NCBI GenBank assembly: GCA_963816355.1
Contig: CAWFKH010000006.1
Span: forward strand, 352,001 to 416,000
Reading direction: 5' to 3'
Source of the DNA: an uncultured Gemmatimonadales bacterium
GTDB lineage: Bacteria; Gemmatimonadota; Gemmatimonadetes; Longimicrobiales; RSA9
Length of the DNA: 64,000 nucleotides
Shown one piece after another: positions 10,260-20,883 of the stretch (positions within the stretch are counted from its first letter, which is position 1; each line of letters begins with the position of its first letter). The position numbers and the translations under genes were made by a program. The notes under the pieces were generated by a model that had not been told where the DNA came from, did no database searches, and saw nothing but the letters and a program-made list of their open reading frames with translations.

Positions 10260-10293
10260 CGTCATTGTGACGTCAGGAACGGCGTGGTACACT
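10260..10293 (+). promoter_or_regulatory. Putative OmpR-type direct repeat (CGTCA-N6-CGTCA) and extended -10 TGGTACACT
   Basis: 11-bp-spaced repeat, 12 nt before TACACT, upstream of the second efflux operon. Confidence 0.5.
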
Positions 10294-10535
10294 TCTTCAC
10301 TTTGCGCCGGAAAGCGTGGCGCCGCCGGCACTCTCGGGCGCCATCGCGCGGCGAGTCGCGTCTCGCTGGCGAGGCGCGAGCCACGCACCGCGGCCCGCGC
10401 GCCCGGTGCGCGGGAAAACCGCGAAGCGGAGGACGAGGTGACCCTGAGTCGACGCGAGTGTTTCCGCGCCACCGTGCCGTTCGCGGCCGCCCTTCGGTCG
10501 CTCGCGCTCCGTCCCGGCGTCGCGGGCCGCGGTCG

Positions 10536-11816
10536 ATGAGAGGAGTCCGGGCGCTCGCGGGCGTCGTGCTCCTGGTGGGGGCGCCGTGCGCGCGCGCCGC
10601 GCCGCTTCTCGCGCAGTCGCCGGACAGCGCCGCGCCGCTCTCGCTCGAAGCGGCGCTCGACACGGCGCGCGCGCACAACGCAGGTCTTCCGGTGGCGCGG
10701 ATGGCGGTGCAGGCGGCGGTCGCGCGCGCCCGCCAGGCGAGGGGCGCGCTCTTCCCGACGCTGTCGGTGGACGGCGACGTGCACAGCGGCGTGCCGCAGG
10801 CCTACGCGAGCAGCGACGCCTTCATCCGCGTGCTGGGAGAGACGCCGATCTACCAGGGGGGCGAGCTGCGCGCGAACCTGATCCAGGCAGGAGAGGAGGC
10901 GAGCGCGTTGGGCTACGGTTATCGCAGCAGCGTGCGCGACGTCGAGCGGTCGGTTCGCGGCGCCTACGGCCGCGTGTTGCGGGCGCAGGACGCGCTCGCC
11001 TTCCTGCGGCGCGGCGAGGAGCGGCTGCAGGCGTACCTCCGCGTCGTCGAGTCGCGGCGGGCGGCGGGACAGGGCGTGGGCGCGGACCTGCTGCGGACGC
11101 GGCAGAGGCTCGCTGCGGCGCGGGGCGACATCGCCGCCGCCGAGCGCGAGCTCGAGAACGCCCGCCTGCAGCTCAACGACGTGCTGGGCCGCGCGCCGAC
11201 CGCGCCGCTCGCGCTGGCGCCGCTGCCCGAGCCGGCGGCGCCGCCGGACACGGCGGGCGCGCCGTGGCTGACGGTGCCGGACGTGGCGGAGGCGATGTCG
11301 CGCATCCGCGCGGCGGCGGCGGGCGTGCGCTCGGCGCGGGCCGGGCGGCGGCCGCACCTGTCGCTGCAGGCGGACGTCGGAGCGCAGCCGTTCGTCGGCT
11401 CGGACGTCGCGCTCATGAACAACGGCCGCGGCGGCGGCGCGGAGGTCATGCTCTCCTTCTCGCTTCCGTTCTGGGACATGGGGATCTACCGCGGCCGGGT
11501 GGCGGAGGCGAGCGCGAATCTGGAGCAGGCGCGGGCGGAGGCCGAGGTCACGCGCCGGTTCGCGCGCCTGAGCTGGGCACAGGCGGAGGCCGACGTGGCG
11601 GGGCTGTTCCGCGAGTATCAGGCGCGCACGGAGTCGGCGGCCGCCGCGCAGGACGCGTATCTGCAGGCGGAGAGCCTCTACCGCGGCGGTCAGGGCACCG
11701 CGCTCGACGTGCTCGACGCGTACGACGCATGGGTGCAGGCGGAGCGCAGCCGGCTGGACGCCGTCTACGGCTACCGCCTGGCGCAGGCGGACCTCATCCG
11801 GTGGGGGACCCCGTGA
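10536..11816 (+). CDS. TolC-family outer membrane protein
   Basis: Signal peptide, LSLEAALDTA, SLPFWDMG, LYRGGQGTALDVLDA. Confidence 0.88.
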   Translation: MRGVRALAGVVLLVGAPCARAAPLLAQSPDSAAPLSLEAALDTARAHNAGLPVARMAVQAAVARARQARGALFPTLSVDGDVHSGVPQAYASSDAFIRVLGETPIYQGGELRANLIQAGEEASALGYGYRSSVRDVERSVRGAYGRVLRAQDALAFLRRGEERLQAYLRVVESRRAAGQGVGADLLRTRQRLAAARGDIAAAERELENARLQLNDVLGRAPTAPLALAPLPEPAAPPDTAGAPWLTVPDVAEAMSRIRAAAAGVRSARAGRRPHLSLQADVGAQPFVGSDVALMNNGRGGGAEVMLSFSLPFWDMGIYRGRVAEASANLEQARAEAEVTRRFARLSWAQAEADVAGLFREYQARTESAAAAQDAYLQAESLYRGGQGTALDVLDAYDAWVQAERSRLDAVYGYRLAQADLIRWGTP

Positions 11817-12880
11817 TCCGACGACCGCGCGCCGCCGCGACGATCGCGCTGCTGGCGCTGCTCGGGCCTGTGGTGGGGTGTGGTGGCGGGGGCGCGGATG
11901 GCGGTGCGGCGGGCGCGGCAGGCGCCGCGGCGGGCGCGGAAGGCGGCGCGGCGGGCGCGGTCGCCGGCGCCGCCGACACCGCGGGCGGGAGCGCGGCGGC
12001 GACGCCGGTCAGCGCCGCGCCGGCGGAGCGCGCGACGCTGGACGTGACGGTCGCCGCACCCGGCCGCACGGAGGCGCTGAAGGAGGCGCGGGTGCGTTCT
12101 CCGTTCCCGAGCAGGCTCGTGTCCATGCGCGTGACGGACGGCGACCGCGTCGCTTCCGGACAGGTGGTGGCGCAGGTCGTGTCGAAGAACAGCGAGGCGG
12201 CGCTGCGCGGGGCGGAGTCGATGCTGAGCGGGGCGCGCACCGCGGCGGACTCCGCGGACGCGCGTCGCGCGATCGAGATCGCGCGCCAGAACCTGGTGGT
12301 CCAGCCGCTGCACTCGCCCGCCGCGGGCGTGGTGCTCTCGCACGCGGCGGCGGAAGGCGACTACGTGGACGAGGGCGAGGTGCTGCTGAACATCGCCGTG
12401 GCGGGCGCGGTCTTCTTCGACGCGCAGGTGTCGCAGAGCGACGTCGCCCGGGTGCGGCCGGGCCAGCGCGCGAGCATCGACGTTCCCGCCGTCGGTCCCG
12501 CGCCGGTGACGGCCGTCGTCCACGGGATCCTGCCCTCCGCATCGAGCGCCGACCTGAGCGCGCCGGTGCGCCTCGACTTCTCGCCGGCGCGGCCGGATCT
12601 GACGGTGGGCCTTTTCGGCACGGCGACGATCACCGTCGCGCAGCGCCGCGACGTGGTGGTGGTCCCGGAGACCGCCGTGCTCACGAACGACGTCGACGGC
12701 ACGACGCGCATGGCGGTGATCGGCGACGACGGCAGGGCGCACTGGCTCGACGTACGCACCGGCGTGCACGAGGACGGCCGCGTCGAGATCGTCAGTCCGC
12801 GGGTCGCGCCCGGGACGCGGGTCATCACGCAGGGCCAGGTGGGTCTGCCGGAGGGCACGAGCGTCCAGGTTCGCCGGTGA
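11813..12880 (+). CDS. RND efflux periplasmic adaptor (MFP)
   Basis: GTGA overlap with TolC. Lipobox VVGC, VTDGDRVASGQ, SPAAGVV. Confidence 0.88.
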   Translation: MIRRPRAAATIALLALLGPVVGCGGGGADGGAAGAAGAAAGAEGGAAGAVAGAADTAGGSAAATPVSAAPAERATLDVTVAAPGRTEALKEARVRSPFPSRLVSMRVTDGDRVASGQVVAQVVSKNSEAALRGAESMLSGARTAADSADARRAIEIARQNLVVQPLHSPAAGVVLSHAAAEGDYVDEGEVLLNIAVAGAVFFDAQVSQSDVARVRPGQRASIDVPAVGPAPVTAVVHGILPSASSADLSAPVRLDFSPARPDLTVGLFGTATITVAQRRDVVVVPETAVLTNDVDGTTRMAVIGDDGRAHWLDVRTGVHEDGRVEIVSPRVAPGTRVITQGQVGLPEGTSVQVRR

Positions 12881-15800
12881 GCTTCTTCGAGTGGATGCGG
12901 CGGCGCCCGGCCGCGCTCTTCGGCGGGCTGCTCGTCCTCTCGATCGGAGGCCTCTACTCCGTATCGCGCCTGCCGTCGGCGATCTTCCCCTCCGTCACGT
13001 TCCCGCTCGTGAAGGTGATCGCGGACGCCGGCGAGGAGCCGGCGGCGCGCATGATCCCGACGGTCACGCGTCCGCTCGAGGAGGCGATCCGCCGCGTACC
13101 CGGCGTGATCCTGGTCCGCTCGCTCACGTCGCGCGGGTCGACGGAGATCACGGCGCAGTTCGGCTGGGGGACCGACATGCAGGTGGCGCTCGAGCGCGTG
13201 CAGGGCGAGACGCAGCGGATCCAGCCGGACCTGCCGTCCGACACGCACATCGACGTCGAGTGGATGAACACCGCGATCTTCCCGATCCTCGGCTACGCCC
13301 TCACGTCGGACACGCTGACGCAGGCGCAGCTATGGGACCTCGCCGAGTACGCGTTCAAGCCCGCGCTGCTGCGCATCGACGGCGTCTCCGAGATCCAGGT
13401 GCAGGGCGGCCGCAGGCGCGAATTCCAGGTCCGGCTCGCGGCCGCGGCGCTGCACGGCCGCAACCTCTCAGCGGCCGACGTCGTCGACGCGGTGCAGGCG
13501 AACAACGACGTCCTCTCCGCCGGCCTGATCGAGCGCAACCACGAGCTCTACCTCGCGCTGGTGACCGGCCGTGTGCACAGCCTCGACGCGCTGTCCCGCA
13601 TCTCCGTGCCGGTCGCCGGCGGCCGGCCCGCCACGCTCGCGGACCTGGGCGAGGTGACGGTGGCGGACGAGGTCTCCTACATCCGCACGACCGCCAACGG
13701 CGAGCCCGCCGTCCTGGTCAACGTGATCCGGCAGCCGTCGGCCAACACGGTGGCGATCGCGCGGGGCGTGCAGCGCCTGCTGAAGGAGCAGCCGGATCTG
13801 CTTGCCGGAAGGCGTGAAGTGGACGCCGTTCTACGACCAGGCGCGCTTCGTCTCGAGCTCCGTGCAGGGGACGAAGGAGGACGTCTACATCGGCGTGCTG
13901 CTCGCCGCTCTGGTGCTCTTCGTCTTCCTGCGGAACTGGCGCACCACGCTCGTCGCGGCGGGAGCGATCCCGGTCACGGTCGCCATCGTGGGCCTTGCGC
14001 TCGGCGCCGCCGGGCAGACGATCAACCTGATGACGCTCGCCGGGATCGCCGCGGCGCTCGGCCTGATCGCCGACGACGCGATCGTCGTCGTCGAGGACAT
14101 CGAGCGGCGGCGCGACGAGGGCGACGCGGATCCGGCGCGCACGTCGCTGCACGAGCTGATGCCGGCGCTCGTCGGCTCGAGCCTCTCCACCGTCATCATC
14201 TTCCTGCCCTTCTCCCTGCTGCCCGGCATCACCGGCGCGTTCTTCAAGCCGCTCGCGCTCACCATGGCGCTCGCGTTGATCATCTCCTTCTTCGTCGCGG
14301 TCGTGGCCGCGCCGGTCGCCATCGCCGCGCTCGAGCGCGTGGGCGGTGGCGGTCGCCGCCCCGGGGCGGTCCCGGATGGCGGAGCGAAGACGGCGCCGCC
14401 CGCCGGCGGCATCCGAGGCGCCGCGTCGCGCGCGGGACGTCGGCTGATGGCGGGCTACATCCGAGCGACGGAGCTGTTCATCGACCACGGCGCGCTCGCG
14501 CTGCTCGGTCTGCTCGTGCTGCTGGGCGGCGCCTACCTGCTCTACCGGCACATCGGCACCGACTTCCTGCCCTCGATGGACGAGGGCTCGATCATCCTCG
14601 ACTACTGGACGCCGGCCGGGACATCGCTCACGGACACGGATCGCATGCTCGACGAGGTGGAGCGGGTGATCCTGTCGACGCCGGACGTCGACGGCTACTC
14701 GCGCCGCACCGGCACGGAGCTCGGCTTCTTCGTCACCGAGCCGAACACCGGCGACTACGTGATCAATTTGAAGCCGCTCGGCGAGCGCCGGCCGGTGGAC
14801 GATGTCATCGACGAGCTGCGCGAGCGCATCGCGCAGGTCGAGCCCGCGATCCGCACCGACTTCGGACAGCTCATCGAGGACGACATCGGCGACCTGACGG
14901 GAGGCGAGCCACAGCCGATCGACATCAAGATCTTCGGCAGCGATCCGACGCTCCTGGAGCAGAAGGCGCGGCAGGTCGCGAAGATCGTGGCGGAGGTGCG
15001 CGGCACCGAGGACGCCTTCGACGGGATCACGATCGCGGGGCCGGCGCTGAGCATCCGCGTCAGGCCGGAGGCCGCCGCGCGCTACGGCCTGACCACCGAG
15101 GAGATCCACAAGCAGATCGAGCCGGCCGTGATCGGGACGGTGGTCGACCAGCTCCGCGTGGGCGACCGGGTCTACGACGTGCGGGTGATCCAGCCGCACG
15201 ACGCGCCGCTGGGCGACGTCCGCGTGCGTGCGGATTCCGCGCTGCTGCCGCTGCGCGAGGTGGCCGAGATCTCGACCGGCGAGCCGGAAACCGAGATCGA
15301 CCGGGAGAACCTGAAGACGTACGTCGGCGTGACCGCCCGCCTCTCCGGCCGCGACCTCGGGAGCACGATCGCCGAGATCCGTGCCCGCATCGACCGTGAA
15401 GTGCACCTGGCGCCCGGCATGTCGGTCCGCTTCGGCGGCCAGTATCAGCAGCAGCAGCAGTCCTTCCAGGACCTGCTCATCCTGCTGCTCGCGGGGCTCG
15501 TGCTCGTGTCGCTCGTCGTGCTCTTCGTCTTCAGCGACCTGCGCGCCGCGCTGCTCACCTTCGTCTGCGCGATCGCCGTCATGGCCGGTTCGCTCGGCCT
15601 CCTCACGCTCACCGGCCGCACGCTCAACATCTCCAGCTACGTCGGCGCGATCATGATGGTGGGCATCGTGGGCGAGAAAGCGATGTTCGTCATCAACGGC
15701 GCCCGCCTCGGCATGCGGCAGGGGCTCTCGCCGCGCGATGCGTGGCGCCGCATCGCGCGCATCCGGCTGCGGCCCGTCGCCATGACGATCTTCGCCACCG

Positions 15801-15985
15801 GCTTCGCGCTGCTGCCTCTCGCCCTCGCGTTCGGCACCGGCTCCCAGCTCATGCAGCCGCTCGCCATCGCCGTCATCGGCGGCTTCATGCTCTCCGGCGT
15901 GATCGTGCTGTTCCTGCTGCCCGGCCTCTACCTCATGCTGGACCCCCGCGGGAAGCTCGCCTCGGAGCCCGGCCTCGAGGATTGA
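12877..15985 (+). CDS. RND efflux permease, +1 frameshift near 13801
   Basis: VSFFEW..KEQPDL continues as [13 protein letters not shown] in the next frame. [18 protein letters not shown]. An extra T in CTG-C-TTG would explain the shift. Confidence 0.88.
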
Positions 15986-16107
15986 GCGCCCGCTCGCAGC
16001 GGCCGTCGCCCGCGGTGTGGCGCCCGTGCACCGGCCGTCCGGCAGAGGTGCCGCGGGCGTGCAACGTCACCATTGCGCGGTGCGCCCGCCGGCGCTATCT
16101 ATCGCTC

Positions 16108-16191
16108 ATGCGAACCGGACGCCGTTCCTACGCGCTCTATTACTACGCGACCCGCTCCGCGGGCCGTGTGGGAGGGTGTGCGCAGGTGTAG
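16108..16191 (+). CDS. Tyr-rich leader peptide [27 protein letters not shown]
   Basis: 27 codons, 4 Tyr (three consecutive), directly upstream of a terminator and the tyrosine biosynthesis operon. Confidence 0.8.
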   Translation: MRTGRRSYALYYYATRSAGRVGGCAQV

Positions 16192-16224
16192 CACCCGGTT
16201 CCTCCCAGAGAAGACGGCCCGTGG
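16157..16224 (+). promoter_or_regulatory. Antiterminator hairpin of the attenuator
   Basis: CCGCGGGCCGT (16157-67) pairs with the terminator left arm (16214-24). TGGGAGG/CCTCCCA and GGGTG/CACCC can extend the stem. Confidence 0.78.
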
Positions 16225-16250
16225 GGATCCCCCGCGGGCCGTTTTTTGTT
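16214..16250 (+). terminator. Intrinsic terminator (attenuator) upstream of aroF
   Basis: 13-bp stem ACGGCCCGTGGGG/CCCCGCGGGCCGT, loop ATC, followed by TTTTTGTT. Confidence 0.88.
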
Positions 16251-16271
16251 GCCCGTGACTTTCGAGGAACG

Positions 16272-17339
16272 ATGATCATCGTGACGCGCGCGGACGTGAC
16301 CGAGACGCAGCTCGACCGGATTCGCGAGAAGGTCGAGTCGCTTGGCATGCGCACCCACATCTCGCGCGGCGAGAGCCGCACCATCATCGGCTGCATCGGC
16401 GACGAGCAGCGGCTGGAAGAGGCGCCGCTGCTGAGCCTTCCCGGCGTCGAGTCGGTGACGCCGATCCTGAAGCCGTACAAGCTGGCGTCGCGAGATTTCG
16501 CGGCGGACGCGACGGTGGTGCGCGTCGGCGAGAGGGAAGGGACGGCGATCGGCGACGTCGCCCTGGCCATCGTCGCCGGTCCCTGCTCGGTGGAGGGGCC
16601 CGAGATGCTGCTGGAGACCGCGCTCGCCGTACGCGCGGCCGGCGCCGGCCTCCTGCGCGGCGGCGCGTTCAAGCCGCGCACGTCGCCGTACGCCTTCCAG
16701 GGTCTGGGGGAGGAAGCGTTGCGGGAGCTGGCGGAGGTGCGGCGCCGCACCGGCCTGCCGGTCGTGACGGAGGTGATGGACCCGCGCCAGATCGAGCTCG
16801 TGGCCGAGCACGCGGACGTGCTCCAGGTCGGCGCGCGCAACATGCAGAACTTCTCGCTGCTCTCCGAGCTGGGACGCGTGCAACGGCCGGTGCTGCTGAA
16901 GCGCGGCATCTCCGCGACCATCACGGAGCTGCTGCTCGCCGCCGAGTACGTCATGGCGCGCGGCAACCGCAACGTGGTCCTGTGCGAGCGCGGCATCCGG
17001 ACCTTCGAGACGAAGACGCGCAACACGCTCGACGTCGCCGCGGTGCCGGTCCTGAAGCGGGAGACGCACCTGCCCGTGATCGTCGACCCGAGCCACGCCG
17101 CGGGCGTCGCCGACCTCGTCGCGCCGCTCGCGTTCGCCGCGGTCGCGGCCGGTGCCGACGGCCTCATCGTGGAGGTGCATCCGCGGCCGGGCGAGGCGCT
17201 TTCCGACGGCGACCAGTCGCTGACGCCGGATGCGTTCGCGGATCTGATGCGCCGCCTCGCGCCGTTCGCCGCGGCCGCGGGCCGGCGTCTCGCCGCCGCG
17301 CCCGATGGCAGCGCCGACGACGCCGGGGTGGCCGCGTGA
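16272..17339 (+). CDS. aroF: DAHP synthase type I-beta with N-terminal ACT-like regulatory domain
   Basis: [45 protein letters not shown]. Confidence 0.95.
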   Translation: MIIVTRADVTETQLDRIREKVESLGMRTHISRGESRTIIGCIGDEQRLEEAPLLSLPGVESVTPILKPYKLASRDFAADATVVRVGEREGTAIGDVALAIVAGPCSVEGPEMLLETALAVRAAGAGLLRGGAFKPRTSPYAFQGLGEEALRELAEVRRRTGLPVVTEVMDPRQIELVAEHADVLQVGARNMQNFSLLSELGRVQRPVLLKRGISATITELLLAAEYVMARGNRNVVLCERGIRTFETKTRNTLDVAAVPVLKRETHLPVIVDPSHAAGVADLVAPLAFAAVAAGADGLIVEVHPRPGEALSDGDQSLTPDAFADLMRRLAPFAAAAGRRLAAAPDGSADDAGVAA

Positions 17340-17641
17340 GCGCCGCGGACGGCGCTGGCGGCGGTCTCGCCGCCATGCGCGCCGAGCTCGAGCGGATCGA
17401 CGACGCGTTCGTCGCCCTCATGGTGGAGCGCCTCGCGCTCGCGCGCCGGATCGGCGAGGCGAAACGGAGCGACGGCAGGCCGGTGCTCGATCCGGCGCGC
17501 GAAGCCGCGGTCGTGCGTCGCGTCGGCGAGCGCGCGCGGCAGGCGGGTCTGCCGGACGAGGAGGTGCGCGAGATCTTCTGGCGGATCATCGCGCTCTGCC
17601 GCGGCGCGCAGCGCGACGACGTGTCCGCAGGGCTGCCGTGA
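17336..17641 (+). CDS. Chorismate mutase (AroQ type)
   Basis: [30 protein letters not shown] overlap with aroF. Confidence 0.9.
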   Translation: MSAADGAGGGLAAMRAELERIDDAFVALMVERLALARRIGEAKRSDGRPVLDPAREAAVVRRVGERARQAGLPDEEVREIFWRIIALCRGAQRDDVSAGLP

Positions 17642-18480
17642 CCGCGGCGGTCGTCGGCCTCGGCGCCGTCGGCGGCTCGCTGGCGCGGGATCTCGCGGCC
17701 GCGGGCGTTCGCGTGGTCGGCCACGACGTCGATGCTTCCAGCGTGGCGGCGGCGCTCGAGGAGGGCGTGCTCGCGGCCGCGCTCGACGCCGACCTCATGG
17801 GCGTCGAGCAGGCGGAGTGGGTCGTGCTCGCGGCGCCGGTCGATGCCTCGCCTGCGCTGCTGCGGCGCGTGGCGGCGAGGCTGGCACGGGACGGCGCGCG
17901 CGCGCGGCTGGTGAGCGACGTCGGCAGCACGAAACGCTCGGTGGTCGAGGCGGCGGAGCGCGCCGGCCTCGCGTCGCGCTTCGTCGGTGCGCACCCGCTG
18001 GCGGGCGACCACCGCTCCGGCTGGTCGGCGTCGCGGCGCGGGCTGTTCGCGCGCCGGCCGGTTTTCCTGTGCCCCGCCGGAGGCGCCGGCGAGGAGGCGG
18101 TGGACGAGGCGCGGACGCTGTGGCGGCTGTGCGGCGCTTCGCCAGCCGTGCTCGACGCCACCGTTCACGACGAGCGCATGGCGTGGGTCAGCCACCTGCC
18201 ACAGCTCGTGGCGACGACGCTCGCGCTGGCGCTCCGCTCGGCCGATTTCGCGGCGGCCGACCTCGGTCCCGGCGGCCGCGACGCGACGCGTCTCGCCGCC
18301 AGCTCGCCCCCGATGTGGACCGCGATCGCGCTCGACAACGCGGACGCGATCGACGCGGCGCTCGGCACCTTCGCCGACCGCCTCGCGGAGTTGCGGGCGG
18401 CGATCGCGCGCGGCGACGCCCCGGCGGTTCGGCGCGCCCTGGATCACGCGCGCTCGTGGCGCGAGGACGGCGCGGCGTAG
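17638..18480 (+). CDS. tyrA: Prephenate/arogenate dehydrogenase
   Basis: VVGLGAVGGS, DVGSTK, FVGAHPLAG, HDERMAWVSHLPQ, RDATRLAAS. Confidence 0.92.
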   Translation: MTAAVVGLGAVGGSLARDLAAAGVRVVGHDVDASSVAAALEEGVLAAALDADLMGVEQAEWVVLAAPVDASPALLRRVAARLARDGARARLVSDVGSTKRSVVEAAERAGLASRFVGAHPLAGDHRSGWSASRRGLFARRPVFLCPAGGAGEEAVDEARTLWRLCGASPAVLDATVHDERMAWVSHLPQLVATTLALALRSADFAAADLGPGGRDATRLAASSPPMWTAIALDNADAIDAALGTFADRLAELRAAIARGDAPAVRRALDHARSWREDGAA

Positions 18481-18490
18481 CCGTGCGCGC

Positions 18491-18516
18491 GGAACCGCGG
18501 ACCCTCCGGCGGCATT
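18491..18516 (+). promoter_or_regulatory. Putative ECF promoter GGAAC-N18-ATT
   Basis: One of six copies, each upstream of a transcription unit. Confidence 0.55.
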
Positions 18517-18569
18517 CGCAGCGGGGGGCCCCGCAGGCGCTCCGATCCTTCTTTTGCCGTGAGGTCCAC

Positions 18570-19523
18570 CTGAGCGTTTCCGACGCGATCGCGGCTCGTC
18601 TCTGGCGCCGTTTCCGTCTCGCGCGCGTGGGCCGCTGGCTGGCGCGCGGGCGTCGTCGTCTCGTGACGCGGCGCGACCGCGAGCGCCACCGGCTCGGATT
18701 GGCGGCCGCGGATCCGTCCTACGCCGGGGAGTGGCCGCACGCGCGCGCGCTGCTCGACCGGCTCGGGATCGGCCGCGACGGCTGGGCGGTCGACCTCGGT
18801 GCGGGCGACGGCGTCGCTTCCTCGTGCACGCTGCCGCTCTTCCGGGACCGCGCCTGGAGCGGCCTCGCCGTCGAGTGCGACGCGACGCGGTTCGGCCTCC
18901 TCGACGACGCCTACCGCGGCTTCCCGGACGTCGTTCGGCTGCGTGCCCGTGTGACGCCGGACACCGTCGCCGATCTGCTCGCGGCTGCCGGAACGCCCGA
19001 GCGGTTCGCCTTCCTCAACGTCGACCTCGATTCCTTCGACCTCGCGGTGGTGCGGGCCGTGCTCGCGCGCTTCCAGCCGGCCGTCGTCGACATCGAGGTC
19101 AACGAGAAGGTGCCGCCGCCCGTGCGCTTCACGGTGCTCTACGCACCGGACCACGCGTGGGACGAGAGCCACTTCTTCGGCTGCTCGCTGGCCGCCGCCG
19201 CGGACGTGATCGAACTGGCCGGATACCGCCTTCAGGGGCTCGCGTACAACAACGCCTTCTTCGTCCGAGACGACGTCGCCGACGTCGCCTCCGTGCCGCG
19301 CGCCGGCGTCGCGGATGCCTACCGCGCGGGCTACGTCGACCGGCCCGAACGCGCGCGGCTCTTCCCCTGGAACGCCGACGTCGAGGCGCTGCTCGCGATG
19401 CCGGCCGCCGAAGTGGTCGCGGCGCTCGACGGGCGCTTTCGCCGCTACGCCGGACGCTACCGCCTCGGCCTCGATCCCGTGCGGCCGACCGATCCGCTCG
19501 AGGCGGCGCGCGCCGATGGCTGA
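18570..19523 (+). CDS. FkbM-like SAM-dependent methyltransferase (start uncertain)
   Basis: VDLGAGDG, WSGLAVE, LNVDLDSFD, EVN, GCSL, NAFF. Possible CTG start after GAGGT. Confidence 0.65.
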   Translation: MSVSDAIAARLWRRFRLARVGRWLARGRRRLVTRRDRERHRLGLAAADPSYAGEWPHARALLDRLGIGRDGWAVDLGAGDGVASSCTLPLFRDRAWSGLAVECDATRFGLLDDAYRGFPDVVRLRARVTPDTVADLLAAAGTPERFAFLNVDLDSFDLAVVRAVLARFQPAVVDIEVNEKVPPPVRFTVLYAPDHAWDESHFFGCSLAAAADVIELAGYRLQGLAYNNAFFVRDDVADVASVPRAGVADAYRAGYVDRPERARLFPWNADVEALLAMPAAEVVAALDGRFRRYAGRYRLGLDPVRPTDPLEAARADG

Positions 19524-20883
19524 ACGACGGCGCGACGCGAGCGCCGCCGCGGAAGCCGGAGCGGACGGCCGTGCCGCTGCGCCGCGCGGCGGCCGCCCCA
19601 CGGCGGCGGCACTGCCGTTGGGCGCGCTCGACATGCCGGCAGCGGAAGTCGGGCGCCGCTTCCGGGACGCGCGGCGCAGCGGCACGCCGGCCTGGCTGTG
19701 GCCGGAGGTGCGGCCCGCGGCGTGGCGCGCCGAGCTCCTCGCCATCGGTGACGCGACCGCGACGCTGCTGACGAGCGGGGACGCGACCGCCCGGCTGGCG
19801 GCGGGCGGCGCGGCGGAGGATGACGACGCGCTCGCCGCGCTGTGCGTGGCGGCCTACACGTCCGGCATGGGACCGCTGCTCGGGCGCTGGGTGGAGGAGG
19901 GGCGGCTGCGGACGTCCGGCGCGGCGGCGCGTCTGCTGCAACTGCACCTGCGGCACGCGCGCCTGCGGGCGCGGCGCCTCGAAGCGCTGCGCGACGACGT
20001 CCTCGGCCGCCTCGCCGGCGCGGGCGTCGCGTGCACGCTGCTGAAGGGCGCACACACGGCGTGGTCGTACTTTCCCGAGCCGGGCGTGCGGCCGGCGTCC
20101 GACATCGATCTGCGCGTCGAGCCCGGGGCGGTGGCGGCGGCGGAGGACGCGCTGAGCGGTGCGGGCTACGTCCCGAGCCGCGCGCAACACCGACCGTACC
20201 GCAGGACGTGGTCACCCGCCGGCTCAGCGCCGGCGCCGCGCTCGCTGCTGCTCGTCCACGCGGAGGACCCCGTCGCGGTCGACCTCCACGCGTCGCTCGA
20301 CCGCAACTTCTTCGGCGTGCGGACGATCCGCTTCGACGCACTCGTCGCGCGCGGCGGTCTCGAGCGCTGGCCCGGCGCGCCCGCGACGTGGCGGCTGCGG
20401 CAGCCGGCGCTGCTGCTGCTGCTCGCCTGTCACGCCTCGGAGGGGCTGCACCAGCTCAGTTTGCTGCGCCTGGTCGAGATCGTGCGCGTGATCACGGCCG
20501 ACACCGCCGCGGGGACGCTGTCGTGGGACGCCTTCCTCGAGACCGCGGAGGCGCTGCGGTGCGCCCGCTTCTGCCATCCGGCGCTGGAGCTCGCCGACCG
20601 CCTCGCGCCCGGCACCGTGCCCACGGCGATCCGCCGCTGGCTCGCCGCCGCCGCGACGCCGGCGCTCCGCCGCCTCATGGCGCAACTGCAGCCGGCGACG
20701 GCGCAGCGCATCGACCGCGTCTCGATCGGCGAACGCTTCGTCTGGAGCAGCGGCCCCGTCGAGCACGCGCGGCGCGCCGCGCACGCGCTGTGGCCCGCGC
20801 CGGCGGGTCGCTCGCTCGCCGCGCTCCTCGACCTCTACGCCCGCCGCGGCTGGACGCTGCTGCGCGGCGCGGCGCGCCGCTGA
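19516..20883 (+). CDS. Uncharacterised nucleotidyltransferase (NTP_transf_5-like)
   Basis: LLKG..AWSYFPEPGVRPASDIDL, VDLH, ACH. Confidence 0.8.
   Translation: MAERRRDASAAAEAGADGRAAAPRGGRPTAAALPLGALDMPAAEVGRRFRDARRSGTPAWLWPEVRPAAWRAELLAIGDATATLLTSGDATARLAAGGAAEDDDALAALCVAAYTSGMGPLLGRWVEEGRLRTSGAAARLLQLHLRHARLRARRLEALRDDVLGRLAGAGVACTLLKGAHTAWSYFPEPGVRPASDIDLRVEPGAVAAAEDALSGAGYVPSRAQHRPYRRTWSPAGSAPAPRSLLLVHAEDPVAVDLHASLDRNFFGVRTIRFDALVARGGLERWPGAPATWRLRQPALLLLLACHASEGLHQLSLLRLVEIVRVITADTAAGTLSWDAFLETAEALRCARFCHPALELADRLAPGTVPTAIRRWLAAAATPALRRLMAQLQPATAQRIDRVSIGERFVWSSGPVEHARRAAHALWPAPAGRSLAALLDLYARRGWTLLRGAARR

Noticed and set aside
16050..16260. T-box riboswitch upstream of aroF
   Set aside because: No UGGNACC T-box bulge is seen; the leader peptide explains the structure.
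16272..18480. aro/tyr operon as a dedicated precursor supply for the tailoring cluster
   Set aside because: It has its own Tyr attenuator and the next gene has a separate promoter motif; adjacency alone is insufficient.
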